Shown here one piece after another: positions 51,801 through 60,931 of a stretch of 64,000 nucleotides of DNA. Every line of letters begins with the position of its first letter. The first letter of the stretch is position 1. The notes under the pieces were generated by a model. It made no database searches. It worked only from the letters and a program-made list of their open reading frames with translations, and was not told the origin of the DNA. The position numbers and the translations under genes are program-made. This DNA is from Thiotrichaceae bacterium. GTDB taxonomy: Bacteria > Pseudomonadota > Gammaproteobacteria > Eutrophobiales > Eutrophobiaceae. The DNA is taken from NCBI GenBank assembly GCA_012960105.1, contig DUBV01000051.1, positions 15,898 to 79,897 of the forward strand, given 5' to 3'.

Positions 51801-52702
51801 TCTAAAAATATGAGTATGTCACCCATATCAAAGCTAGCGAGTTCATTAATGGCATCCAGTATTGCGCCTTCGCGGCCGCGTGATTCCTCATCACTTTCGT
51901 CGATATCTTCCTCTATAGGTCGGTATAAAACGTCAACAGGCCAGCTTCGTCCAGAAACTTCGATTACTGGTGCATTATTGAAGTGATCGGAAAAACGCGT
52001 TACATCAATAGTTGCCGAAGTAATAATAACTTTCAGATCCGGCCGTTTCGGCAACAATTGTTTTAAATAACCGAGGATAAAATCTATATTCAGACTGCGC
52101 TCATGAGCTTCATCTATAATTATCGTATCATATTGATTTAAATAGCGATTTTGTTGCAATTCGGCTAATAAAATTCCGTCTGTCATCAATTTGATATAAG
52201 AATCTTTATTGGTGTTGTCCTGATGACGTATTTTATAACCAACGTGTGTTCCTAGCTCAGAATCCAGTTCATCGGCAATGCGCTTAGCTACGGTTCTTGC
52301 GGCGAGTCTTCTCGGCTGAGTATGAGCAATATATCCTTCAATTCCTCGGCCTAGAGTCAAACAAAGCTTGGGAAGCTGTGTTGTTTTACCTGATCCAGTC
52401 TCACCACAAATAATAACCACCTGATTATTTTGTATTGCTTCAGAAATAGCCTGCGCATGCTGATTAATAGGTAAATTTTTATCAAATTGGCAATTTGGCA
52501 GGTTTGCTTGCCGATCTAGTTTGGTTTGGATTGAATTTTCAATATTTCGACTTAGAACATCCCAATCAGACTGCTTAAGCTCCGTTCGCTTGCGTAATTG
52601 CTCAAATTTGCACGTAAGATTATGGCGCTCAGAAGCCCATACCTCGGCTAATCGAGCACGTAATTTGTCGCTTATATCGGACTTTTTATTTGTTTTATTC
52701 AC
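48806..52702 (-). CDS. hrpA: ATP-dependent RNA helicase HrpA (DEAH-box)
   Basis: 1298 aa with GETGSGKTTQLP, DEAH (IIDEAHERS), helicase C, HA2/OB domains and a long HrpA-specific C-terminal extension. Confidence 0.92.
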   Translation of the reverse strand: MNKTNKKSDISDKLRARLAEVWASERHNLTCKFEQLRKRTELKQSDWDVLSRNIENSIQTKLDRQANLPNCQFDKNLPINQHAQAISEAIQNNQVVIICGETGSGKTTQLPKLCLTLGRGIEGYIAHTQPRRLAARTVAKRIADELDSELGTHVGYKIRHQDNTNKDSYIKLMTDGILLAELQQNRYLNQYDTIIIDEAHERSLNIDFILGYLKQLLPKRPDLKVIITSATIDVTRFSDHFNNAPVIEVSGRSWPVDVLYRPIEEDIDESDEESRGREGAILDAINELASFDMGDILIFLEGEGEIHETDKLLRKQNLPDTDILPLYARLSSSRQNKIFAPHKRRHVVLATNLAETSLTIPGIRYVIDSGMARISRYSYKSKVQRLPIERISMAAANQRKGRCGRTSEGICIRLYSEEDFNARSEYTQPEILRTNLASVILQMKALNIGEIEKFPFIDPPEKKLISDGMRVLQEINALDKQDNLTSIGRRVARFPLDPRHARLLLAANEFNCLNEMLIIVGVLSIQSPRERPIDKQQKSDESHQQFDDENSDFLWFVNLWYFYQKQTKKLSQNKLRKLCQQNFLSYMRMREWADIHRQLRHVCTEMKFSINTEPATYQNVHCAILTGMPSHVAFLSDKHEYTGARDIKLNIFPASAQFNNKPKWIVAADLVETSRLYARNVAKIESNWLISSAKHLLKYDYSGAHWESKSSSVVALQKISLYGMTLVAGKRVNYGRVNPVESKILFIRNALVDGDLESSAKFFKHNNQVINEIRELEIKSRRPDIIDEEAIYSFYHKALPADVYDGQSFAVWTKKLSQEQKQALFFDKEQIMSHEASDVTEISYPDYIQSKGISMPLEYKFEPGQSEDGLSIDIPVAVLNQFNDKQMDYLVPGLLEEKIVLLLRSLPKSIRTKIVPIPDVAKECARNINNRGVSLKKNISAYILRTRSIEIKENDWSDTSLPEHLKINYRILDAENAVLGSGKDISVLKESFSDKADNAFIELYDDVYGTEEISSWDFDELPIKQEIETDGNSITVYPSLIEEEGKVYRHAFDNQGSAEYYLRYGLRGLFKKELAKEIKYMRKNLRGIEKLALMYSNIGTRDELIGEIVNLTLDETFLYKQEPIRKKDHFYASLSQDKQNLLMNSEKVCILLETILQKQISVLARLSDADILKHGNTVADIEGQMEYLIFAGFIDDIPYKYLIQYPRYLDSILKRLEKLTGGLEKDRQNTLLISEHWNRIKKLVDNAYETECFTTSLYDYRWLIEELRISLFTQELKTNVPVSMKRMDRMWQQYQQME

Positions 52703-52928
52703 TATGAAAGCACTAAAAGTGTTAATTATTCTTATTTAAGCAAGCTAATCTATTGATTTTAATAAAGTATTTGTTTGTAATTTATTGATAGACTGATAGG
52801 ATAATCAAATCTAAAATATAAATTTTACATGAGAAATATTTTCTACGTTAAGCAGTAATTAATAATAAATAATATCAATAATTTAAACTACTTTTCTCGA
52901 ACTATTCGAAATGGAGATTTCTTAACGT

Positions 52929-54857
52929 ATGTCACTTGAATTTGAATTAGCTGGCTCACAAATTGATGGTGCTAGAGACTATCAAGAAGATGCGTTTCTT
53001 ATTACTCATCTAACCGATGCCGATGGTAAACCTAGCGCGCTGGTCATTATAGCTGATGGTATGGGTGGTCACGCTGCCGGTAATGTCGCTAGTAATATGG
53101 CTGTTCAAGCTTTCAATAAGCACGTATCCGCTAATTATCCCTCGAAAAGTATTCCCGACATACTCGAACAAGCTGTCGTTAAAGCAAATAATTCGATAAA
53201 AGAAACCGTTGCCGAAACCCCTGCTCTATCTGGCATGGGTTGTACCATGGTTGCCGCCATACTTGAAGAAGGAAAAATGTGGTGGGTCAGCGTTGGTGAC
53301 AGCCATTGTTACCTTATTAGAAATAAAGAATTAGCCAAGAAAAATGCGGATCATAGTTATGGTGGCTTTCTGGATCGTATGGAAGCAGAAGGCACACCGT
53401 TAGAAGCAGAACCAGGTTTGTCTCGTAATATGCTAATGAGTGCGGTTACTGGTGAAGACATCAATGAGATTGATGTTTCAGAAGAACCTTTTGAATTACA
53501 CGATGGTGATAAAGTACTTTTGTGCAGTGATGGTTTAGATACTTTAAGCGCTGGTAAAATTATTCAATATTCGGATTGGTCTGAATCTCCCAAAGAATGT
53601 GCTGACGCATTAATGACCGCAGTTGAAGAAGCTGACATGCCGCGCCAGGATAATACAACTGCGGTTGTAGTGAGCGTATTAAATAATGCAGTAACCCCAA
53701 CTCCCGTCGTTGAAAAACCAGAAGAAATTGGTGAAGCCACGGATGAAATTTCCCTAGAGGAAGTTACTACCGTTGAAGAATCATTAGCTGAAGCAATACA
53801 AAATGCAGCAGATCAAGAGGCTATTGATGACTTTGAAGAGCCCAAAAGTAAAACAGGTTTAATTATTGGTATTGTTGCCGTACTACTTATTGCTGGTGCA
53901 GGTGCCTTTTTCATGATGGGAGGAAAATCCTCGCAACCATCAGAACCTATGGTTGCTGACGTTGAAATGGAAGTTGTAGAAGATGAGGCTATTGAGGAAG
54001 AGGAAGAAGAAGTAGCTGAATCTAAAACAGAAGAAGTGAGCAAAGTTGTTGCTGAAGAAGAAAAGAAAGAACCTGTTGCAGCGATAGTAGAAACTAAAGC
54101 AGAAGTTAAAGAGTCTGAAGAAACATCAGGTAAAACAATTCAAGACGCTTTGAAATCTGGCGGAAAAGGTCCTGTGATGGTCATTATCCCGGCAGGTAAA
54201 TTCAATATGGGCAGTAAGAGCTCTAGAAATTCGGATCAACGCCCTCGTCATGAAGTAACTGTGGCTAAATTTGCTATTAGCCAACATGAAATCACTTTCG
54301 CTGAATATGATGTTTTTGCTAAAACGAAAGGCAAAAAGATTCCTGATTCACTTTATATGGATAGAGCTACATCTCCTGTAATTTATGTTCCTTGGGATAA
54401 CGCGTATGCATATACCAAATGGTTGTCTAAAGAAACAGGCAAAAAATACAGATTAGCTAGTGAAGCAGAATGGGAATACATGGCATCAACAGGTAAAAAG
54501 AGTCCGTTCTGGTGGGGTTATAAAGAAGAGCCTAACCGAGCTCACTGCTTTGGTTGCGGCACAGGTTTAAACCCCCGTAAACCAACTAAGGTGGGTAGTT
54601 TTGAGCCTAATGAATTTGGCGTATTTGATACTGCAGGCAATGTTAGCGAATGGGTTTATGATTGCTGGCACAAAAATTACAAGGACGCACCAACAGAAGC
54701 TGAAGTATGGGAAGGTGGTGATTGTACTTTTCGTGCTGTCAGAGGTGGCGCCTACAGTACTCCGCCACAATCTATTCAGCATATAAAACGCGACAAGTTT
54801 AAATCCGATAAAGCCTACGACCATATCGGTATTCGTGTCCTTAGAGAGATTCCTTAG
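52929..54857 (+). CDS. Membrane-spanning PP2C-family Ser/Thr phosphatase fused to a C-terminal FGE-sulfatase (SUMF1/formylglycine-generating-enzyme-like) domain
   Basis: 642 aa. Residues 1-250 are PP2C (ADGMGGHAAGNVAS, VSVGDSHCYL, LLCSDGL, NTTAVVV). An acidic linker contains one TM segment (GLIIGIVAVLLIAGAGAFFMMGG). Residues 400-642 are the FGE-sulfatase domain (YRLASEAEWEYMA, GNVSEWVYDCW, RAVRGGAY). Confidence 0.8.
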   Translation: MSLEFELAGSQIDGARDYQEDAFLITHLTDADGKPSALVIIADGMGGHAAGNVASNMAVQAFNKHVSANYPSKSIPDILEQAVVKANNSIKETVAETPALSGMGCTMVAAILEEGKMWWVSVGDSHCYLIRNKELAKKNADHSYGGFLDRMEAEGTPLEAEPGLSRNMLMSAVTGEDINEIDVSEEPFELHDGDKVLLCSDGLDTLSAGKIIQYSDWSESPKECADALMTAVEEADMPRQDNTTAVVVSVLNNAVTPTPVVEKPEEIGEATDEISLEEVTTVEESLAEAIQNAADQEAIDDFEEPKSKTGLIIGIVAVLLIAGAGAFFMMGGKSSQPSEPMVADVEMEVVEDEAIEEEEEEVAESKTEEVSKVVAEEEKKEPVAAIVETKAEVKESEETSGKTIQDALKSGGKGPVMVIIPAGKFNMGSKSSRNSDQRPRHEVTVAKFAISQHEITFAEYDVFAKTKGKKIPDSLYMDRATSPVIYVPWDNAYAYTKWLSKETGKKYRLASEAEWEYMASTGKKSPFWWGYKEEPNRAHCFGCGTGLNPRKPTKVGSFEPNEFGVFDTAGNVSEWVYDCWHKNYKDAPTEAEVWEGGDCTFRAVRGGAYSTPPQSIQHIKRDKFKSDKAYDHIGIRVLREIP

Positions 54858-54878
54858 GTTTTAACTTCGTCCTAAAAT

Positions 54879-54918
54879 TTAAGAGTATCTATAAAGTAAT
54901 ATTATTAGATGCTCTTAA
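54879..54918. terminator. Putative bidirectional terminator hairpin between convergent genes
   Basis: 12-bp imperfect stem ttaagagtatct/agatgctcttaa with an AT loop. Overlaps the stop codon of the Rdx gene. The flanking T-run is weak. Confidence 0.35.
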
Positions 54919-55202
54919 GCCTCGCTATGCCCTAGAGGCATATCTGGCTCTATTCTGTCGCGGATCAATTGCTTTAATTCTTTAGATTCAGGAAATCTTT
55001 CCTGTTCTTTCCGTGAGAAAATTTCTTCGCCGTCAACTAACACAGTGAATACACCACCTGATGACGGAACTAAGGCTAATTCCCCTATCTTATCGGTAAA
55101 CGTCATTAATAATTCCTGAGCCAGCCAGTTTGCTCTGAGAATAAAACGACACTTAGTACAATAATGAATTTCTATACGTGGTGAATTAATTTTTGCAACC
55201 AT
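54915..55202 (-). CDS. SelT/SelW/Rdx family protein (CxxC, non-selenocysteine form)
   Basis: 95 aa. RIEIHYCTKCRF (CxxC redox motif in the Rdx fold) and C-terminal QLIRDRI. Confidence 0.7.
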   Translation of the reverse strand: MVAKINSPRIEIHYCTKCRFILRANWLAQELLMTFTDKIGELALVPSSGGVFTVLVDGEEIFSRKEQERFPESKELKQLIRDRIEPDMPLGHSEA

Positions 55203-55241
55203 TTCTATTTTACCCCCTCTAAACCGATAAGTTTATAATAA

Positions 55242-55634
55242 TTGGAGACAAGCATGTCATCAACGATAAAAAAAATACTGTGTTTAACTTCACTCTTATT
55301 ATTTTTTCCCATGAGTGCATTTGCCGAAATAAAAATTATACTAGGCATTCCGGCTTATAACTACAGCCATAATTACTCGAATCATCACTCAAACAATCAT
55401 TACTATAAAAAAAATAAATATAACAAATATAATTACCCTCCCTATTCATACCGCAACTATAATTATAAATATACTAATCCGCATAAAAAGTATTTTTCTA
55501 AAAACCACCGTAGCTATAGTAGTTACAACCCTTACTCAAATTATAATCATTTCCAACGTAATAGAGATGCTTACAAACGGGGTTATAAAGCTGGACTTCA
55601 CAAAAGCAAACATCATTATAAATTCGGACATTAA
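55242..55634 (+). CDS. Secreted low-complexity Tyr/Asn/His/Lys-rich protein
   Basis: 130 aa with signal peptide (ILCLTSLLLFFPMSAFA|EIK). The mature ~105 aa are about 20% Tyr with many N/H/K (YNYSHNYSNHHSNNHYYKKNKYNKYNYPPYSYRNYNYKY...). Confidence 0.55.
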   Translation: METSMSSTIKKILCLTSLLLFFPMSAFAEIKIILGIPAYNYSHNYSNHHSNNHYYKKNKYNKYNYPPYSYRNYNYKYTNPHKKYFSKNHRSYSSYNPYSNYNHFQRNRDAYKRGYKAGLHKSKHHYKFGH

Positions 55635-55717
55635 ACGACATCATTAACCAGTAGATTAATATTTATCTTTAAATCGAGTAAACTAGACACACATACTTTA
55701 TAAATATTAATTAACGA

Positions 55718-57250
55718 ATGAAGAATTGGCAGGATAGTTTTCGGGCATTCCTACACCCGCGCGTTATTACCATGCTGTTTTTTGGTTTATCTGCGGGTAT
55801 TCCGATATTACTTATTTTTTCTTCTTTAGGACTTTGGCTACGTGAAGCAGGACTTGAACGGTCTACCGTCACTTTCTTTAGCTGGGCGGCATTAGGTTAT
55901 TCCTTTAAATTTGTTTGGGCACCAATAGTCGATTGCATGCCTATTCCCTATTTAACACAATGGCTAGGGCGCAGGAGAGCCTGGATACTTGTTTCCCAGT
56001 TCGCCATCATTACTGCCATCTTGTTGATGGCAATGACCGATCCAGCATCAGGAATCACTCAGTTAAAGATCATGGCTTTAGCCGCCATCATGCTCGGCTT
56101 CTCATCTGCGACACAAGATATCGTTATCGATGCTTATCGAATTGAATCAGCCTCTTCTGACCTTCAAGCACTCATGGCTTCAACCTATATTGCCGGCTAT
56201 CGTATTGGTATGCTCATCGCTGGCGCAGGAAGTTTATACATAGCTAGTTTATTAGGCTCTGAAATGGGGGCCTATAGTTATCATGCTTGGCAAAATACTT
56301 ACGCTAGCATGGCCGCCGTCATGCTTATCGGAGTAATCACCACTCTTATCATCAACGAACCCGAAAGCAATCGTGAAAAGAAAAATAAATACTCAAGTAA
56401 GGTATATATTAAATTCTTTATGATTTTCCTAGTTGCCGTTACTGGTTTTGTTATTTCATTTTCATTGAGTGCCGACATAGCCTCGATGTGGAAAAACGAA
56501 CTTACCGGTCTGATTCATAACAAGGCGATTTCCAGTTTTTGTATAGAACTAATACGACTTAGTTTAGGCATAACAATCGCTTTATTTATTACTTTCGCAT
56601 TCATTAAAACCAAATTCATTGATCGGCAAGTCATTATGGAAAGTTATGCCTCGCCTATTATTGATTTTTTTCAGCGCTACGGCATTAAACTCGCAATACT
56701 ATTATTAGCATTAATCGGTTTATATAGAATATCTGATATCGTCCTCGGCGTGATTTCCAATATATTTTATCAAGACATTGGTTATAGCAAGATAGAAATT
56801 GCTTCCATCGTAAAAACGTTTGGCTTATTTATGACCTTACTTGGTGGTTTCTTAGGCGGTGTTTTATCTGTTCGTTTTGGCGTAATGAAAATATTATTTG
56901 TTGGTGCGTTATTAACCGTATTGACCAACCTGTTATTTATGTTGCTAGCAATTAAAGGTTATGACATTACCTTGCTCTACCTGGTAATCTCAGCTGATAA
57001 CTTATCGGCAGGAATCGCTAGCGCTGCTTTTGTTGCATTTCTATCTCGTCTGGTTAATGTTTCTTTCACCGCTATGCAGTTTGCGATATTTACTTCTCTG
57101 ATGACACTCATTCCAAAACTAATCGGCGGCTATTCAGGTTCCATTGTTGAGAACATCGGTTACACGCAATTCTTTTTAGTCGCATCCTTAATTGGCGTAC
57201 CCGTGTTATGGATTATTTATCTAGCTAATAAGCATTTAAAATTTGAATAA
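55718..57250 (+). CDS. ampG: Muropeptide MFS permease AmpG
   Basis: 510 aa MFS. AmpG family pattern (LGFSSATQDIVIDAYRIE) and a central loop insertion. Confidence 0.8.
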   Translation: MKNWQDSFRAFLHPRVITMLFFGLSAGIPILLIFSSLGLWLREAGLERSTVTFFSWAALGYSFKFVWAPIVDCMPIPYLTQWLGRRRAWILVSQFAIITAILLMAMTDPASGITQLKIMALAAIMLGFSSATQDIVIDAYRIESASSDLQALMASTYIAGYRIGMLIAGAGSLYIASLLGSEMGAYSYHAWQNTYASMAAVMLIGVITTLIINEPESNREKKNKYSSKVYIKFFMIFLVAVTGFVISFSLSADIASMWKNELTGLIHNKAISSFCIELIRLSLGITIALFITFAFIKTKFIDRQVIMESYASPIIDFFQRYGIKLAILLLALIGLYRISDIVLGVISNIFYQDIGYSKIEIASIVKTFGLFMTLLGGFLGGVLSVRFGVMKILFVGALLTVLTNLLFMLLAIKGYDITLLYLVISADNLSAGIASAAFVAFLSRLVNVSFTAMQFAIFTSLMTLIPKLIGGYSGSIVENIGYTQFFLVASLIGVPVLWIIYLANKHLKFE

Positions 57251-57252
57251 CC

Positions 57253-57720
57253 ATGCCTACAGAAATTGAACGAAAGTTTTTACTTAAAAATGATAGTTGG
57301 CGTAAAGGTGCTGACGAAGGTATGCATATGGTACAAGCCTATATGGGTAGCAATAACAAAAGTTCTATTCGGATTCGAATTCACGGTGATTCCGCAAATC
57401 TCAATATCAAAAGCAAGACCTTAGGCATACAGCGTAGTGAATATGAGTACCCTATTCCTTTGGATGAAGCCAAAGAAATGCTTGAATCACTTTGCGACAA
57501 ACCCTATATAGAAAAGACTCGTTTTCATGTAATACACGATGGTCATGAATGGGAAATCGATGTTTTTACTGGAGAAAATACTGGTTTAATCGTCGCTGAG
57601 CTGGAACTAGAATCTGTCGATGAGACTTTTACCAAACCCGATTGGCTAGGTAAAGAGGTCTCTGATGACCCTCGTTATTACAATATTTGTCTAGTGAATC
57701 ATCCATACAAAAATTGGTAA
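57253..57720 (+). CDS. CYTH domain protein (triphosphate tunnel metalloenzyme; CyaB/ThTPase-like)
   Basis: 155 aa starting MPTEIERKFLL (the EIERKFL signature of CYTH), with later acidic residues for metal binding. Confidence 0.75.
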   Translation: MPTEIERKFLLKNDSWRKGADEGMHMVQAYMGSNNKSSIRIRIHGDSANLNIKSKTLGIQRSEYEYPIPLDEAKEMLESLCDKPYIEKTRFHVIHDGHEWEIDVFTGENTGLIVAELELESVDETFTKPDWLGKEVSDDPRYYNICLVNHPYKNW

Positions 57721-57874
57721 TACATAAATATAACGATACCCACTAGACTTAACGTAAGTCACTGATATTTATATATAATTAAAGATGCCTTTACGATACA
57801 ATTAATAGTGTTTCCTTTCATGAAATGCACACGCTAAAATACAAGCATTACTAATTTTATAATTAATTGGATAA

Positions 57875-58888
57875 ATGGACGCAAGTAAAAACAATTCAGA
57901 AGAAGTCTTGATCGATAAATTTAATCGTGTCGTCGATTATGTGCGTATTTCCGTTACTGATCGTTGCGACTTTCGTTGTGTTTATTGCATGGATGAAGAA
58001 ATGCATTTCGTCCCTCGCGCGCAACTATTAACGCTGGAAGAAATATCAAGAATAGCTCAAGCTTTTACCGAACTTGGTGTTAAAAAAATACGTATTACCG
58101 GTGGTGAACCATTGATACGTCGTAACGTCCTTAAGTTATTTGAAGATATAGGCCAATTATCTGGCTTAGATGAACTCGTTTTAACCACAAATGGCTCACA
58201 ACTCACCAAACTGGCACAGCCATTAAAAGATGCCGGCGTTAAACGTATAAATATTAGTCTTGATTCTCTCGATGCGGAAAAATTTAAACGCATTACACGT
58301 GTAGGTGATTTAAATAATGTTTTGGCAGGAATAGATACTGCATTAGCCACTGGTTTTGAAAAAATAAAATTAAATGCGGTTATCTTGAAAAACCGTAACC
58401 ACGATGAAGTGATTGAACTGGTTAGTTATGCTGGCGAACGTGGTATGGACATCAGTTTTATTGAAGAAATGCCATTAGGAGTCATTGCTAATCATGACCG
58501 TGCCGAAGCCTATTATTCGAGTGATGAGATTAAAAGTGACTTGGAACAAGCCTTCGAATTAATACCAACAACCGAAACAACCAATGGTCCTTCTAAATAC
58601 TATAAAGTGAAAAACACGGGAACACGTGTTGGTTTTATATCTCCACACAGTCATAATTTTTGTGATGACTGTAACCGCGTCCGACTTACCTGCGAAGGCC
58701 GTTTATTATTATGTTTAGGTCAGGAACATTCAGTAGATCTACGCAAGACACTTCGCGCTTATCCAGAAGACAATGAAAAATTAAAACAAGCAATTCGTGA
58801 TTCTATGGCAATCAAACCCAAAGGGCATGAATTTGATTTAACAGGAAAGCCTCTCATCTTCCGACATATGAATGTAACTGGAGGTTGA
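57875..58888 (+). CDS. moaA: GTP 3',8-cyclase MoaA (radical SAM)
   Basis: 337 aa with CDFRCVYC (CxxxCxxC), GGEPL and C-terminal double-Gly. Confidence 0.92.
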   Translation: MDASKNNSEEVLIDKFNRVVDYVRISVTDRCDFRCVYCMDEEMHFVPRAQLLTLEEISRIAQAFTELGVKKIRITGGEPLIRRNVLKLFEDIGQLSGLDELVLTTNGSQLTKLAQPLKDAGVKRINISLDSLDAEKFKRITRVGDLNNVLAGIDTALATGFEKIKLNAVILKNRNHDEVIELVSYAGERGMDISFIEEMPLGVIANHDRAEAYYSSDEIKSDLEQAFELIPTTETTNGPSKYYKVKNTGTRVGFISPHSHNFCDDCNRVRLTCEGRLLLCLGQEHSVDLRKTLRAYPEDNEKLKQAIRDSMAIKPKGHEFDLTGKPLIFRHMNVTGG

Positions 58889-59748
58889 GTATGTCCAGTA
58901 ACTATCGTCCGGAAATGACGAATTCCGGGCTCTCTCCTACATGTGCAGTTTTAGCAACTGATGAATATCAAAACACACGTGAATTACATATCGCTGAAGA
59001 ACGCCCGTTAACAATTTATATTGATAGTTATGAGATAGTGACGTTGATGACGCTCGGTACTCAACCAGAAATATTGGCATTGGGATATATTAAAAACCAG
59101 GGCTTAGTCAGCGATTTAAAAGAAATAAAATCTGTGCAAGTTGACTGGGATGTTAATGCCGTAGCTATCACCAGTTTTAGTGGTCGCGATGACTGGACAG
59201 ATAAGTTGGGACCACGAATCGTAACCACTGGCTGTGGCCAAGGCACGGTCTTCGGTAACATAATGGAAGAATTAGATGAACTTGATATACAAGGATTTGA
59301 TATTAAACAATCTGACCTATATGCATTGTTAAGGAACCTCAGTAGTAATAATGAAGTTTATAAAAATGCCGGTGCTGTCCACGGCTGTGCTTTATGTCAT
59401 GAAACTGAATCGTTAATCTTCATAGAAGATGTCGGGCGCCATAATGCCGTTGATGCCATAGCTGGAAAGATGTGGTTAGAAAATATATCCGGCGATGATA
59501 AAATATTTTATACCACCGGACGGCTTACTTCTGAGATGGTAATAAAGGTTGCTCAGATGAAAATACCTGTGCTGCTGTCTCGGTCTGGTCTGACGCAAAT
59601 GGGATTAAACCTGGCTCGCGATTTAAACATCACCTTATTATCCAGAGCAAAGAACAAACACTTTCTAATCTACAACGGCAAAGAAAATATTGTATTTGAT
59701 ACCGAACTTCCACCAAAACTGGAAGTGGCTAATATCAAAAAAGATTAA
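58885..59748 (+). CDS. fdhD: Sulfurtransferase FdhD (formate dehydrogenase accessory protein)
   Basis: 287 aa with EDVGRHNAVDAIAGKM and the SRSGLTQ/TGR motifs. Confidence 0.85.
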   Translation: MSMSSNYRPEMTNSGLSPTCAVLATDEYQNTRELHIAEERPLTIYIDSYEIVTLMTLGTQPEILALGYIKNQGLVSDLKEIKSVQVDWDVNAVAITSFSGRDDWTDKLGPRIVTTGCGQGTVFGNIMEELDELDIQGFDIKQSDLYALLRNLSSNNEVYKNAGAVHGCALCHETESLIFIEDVGRHNAVDAIAGKMWLENISGDDKIFYTTGRLTSEMVIKVAQMKIPVLLSRSGLTQMGLNLARDLNITLLSRAKNKHFLIYNGKENIVFDTELPPKLEVANIKKD

Positions 59749-59773
59749 TTTAACTTCGCAGAATAAATTCAGA

Positions 59774-60373
59774 ATGCCAAATATTAGCAGCAATGACATT
59801 ACCGGCGTTATATTAGCGGGCGGACAAGCACGTCGAATGCAAGGTCAGGACAAAGGTTTAGTTTTATTAAATAACAAACCCATGATCGAATATGTTATCG
59901 ATATTTTAAATCCACAAGTTGCTACACTTTTAATCAATGCGAATCGAAATCATAAAAAATATTCAGAATATGGTTTTGATATAGTCTCTGATGAACTAAG
60001 TGGTTATTGCGGTCCATTAGCCGGTATGGCCAGTGCCTTAAATAACACGAACACGTCATATATGATAACCGCGCCTTGTGACTCACCTTTTATTCCTGAT
60101 GACCTTGTGCAACGACTAACTACAGCATTAGCCTCAGAAGAGGCTGACATTAGCGTTGCGCATAATGGTGAGCGATTGCAACCGGTTTTTTGTCTAATGA
60201 AGAAAGACTTAATGTCTTCAATGAACGAATTCTTAAGTAATGACGAAAGAAAAATCGATAAATGGTTTAATCAACATAAGTTAGCTATCGCTGATTTTTC
60301 TGATATTCCCCAAACCTTTGATAATTTAAACACCTTTGAAGATATCAAAGTGATAGAAGCAGCGAATGACTAA
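59774..60373 (+). CDS. mobA: Molybdenum cofactor guanylyltransferase MobA
   Basis: ITGVILAGGQARRMQGQDKGLV and PCDSPF. The track ORF starts at 59690. The Met at 59774 fits MobA's ~200 aa length and removes the long overlap with fdhD. Confidence 0.88.
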   Translation: MPNISSNDITGVILAGGQARRMQGQDKGLVLLNNKPMIEYVIDILNPQVATLLINANRNHKKYSEYGFDIVSDELSGYCGPLAGMASALNNTNTSYMITAPCDSPFIPDDLVQRLTTALASEEADISVAHNGERLQPVFCLMKKDLMSSMNEFLSNDERKIDKWFNQHKLAIADFSDIPQTFDNLNTFEDIKVIEAAND

Positions 60374-60896
60374 GATCAAAGCAAAAGTCCCCATAATTGG
60401 TTTCTCTGCATACAGCGGCACAGGAAAAACCACTTTATTATTAAAAATAATTCCTTTACTAAAAAAACGTGGCTTTGAAGTTGGTGTTATCAAACATGCT
60501 CACCATACTTTTGAAATTGATCAACCCGGTAAAGATAGTTTTGAAATAAGAAAAGCCGGCGCCAGCCAAATGTTAATTAGCTCAAAAACACGTTGGGCAT
60601 TAATGGTAGAACAAGAGAAAGAAAAACAGGAAAAACGCCTGGAAGAATATATCGCGCAACTTGATCAAGATAAACTCGATATTATTTTAGTTGAGGGTTT
60701 TAAATCGGAAGCAATTCCAAAAATTGAATTGCATCGCCCTAGCCTGAATCACCCTTTAATTTATGAAGACGATGATAGCGTTATAGCTGTAGCAACAGAT
60801 GCACCACTAAATAATAAAACTACACTGCCTATACTGGATTTAAATAATCATAAAGCGATTACAGATTTTATTATTGAAATAATAAATAAGAAATAG
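60366..60896 (+). CDS. mobB: Molybdopterin-guanine dinucleotide biosynthesis adapter protein MobB
   Basis: 176 aa with P-loop GFSAYSGTGKTTL and the MobB fold. Confidence 0.85.
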   Translation: MTKIKAKVPIIGFSAYSGTGKTTLLLKIIPLLKKRGFEVGVIKHAHHTFEIDQPGKDSFEIRKAGASQMLISSKTRWALMVEQEKEKQEKRLEEYIAQLDQDKLDIILVEGFKSEAIPKIELHRPSLNHPLIYEDDDSVIAVATDAPLNNKTTLPILDLNNHKAITDFIIEIINKK

Positions 60897-60931
60897 TCTA
60901 TTCTTTTATAGAAAATAATAGGAAACATCGA

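Noticed and set aside
57721-57874. Moco riboswitch upstream of moaA
   Set aside because: The leader is extremely AT-rich with no conserved GC-paired stems characteristic of the Moco RNA motif. I cannot support a riboswitch from the sequence.
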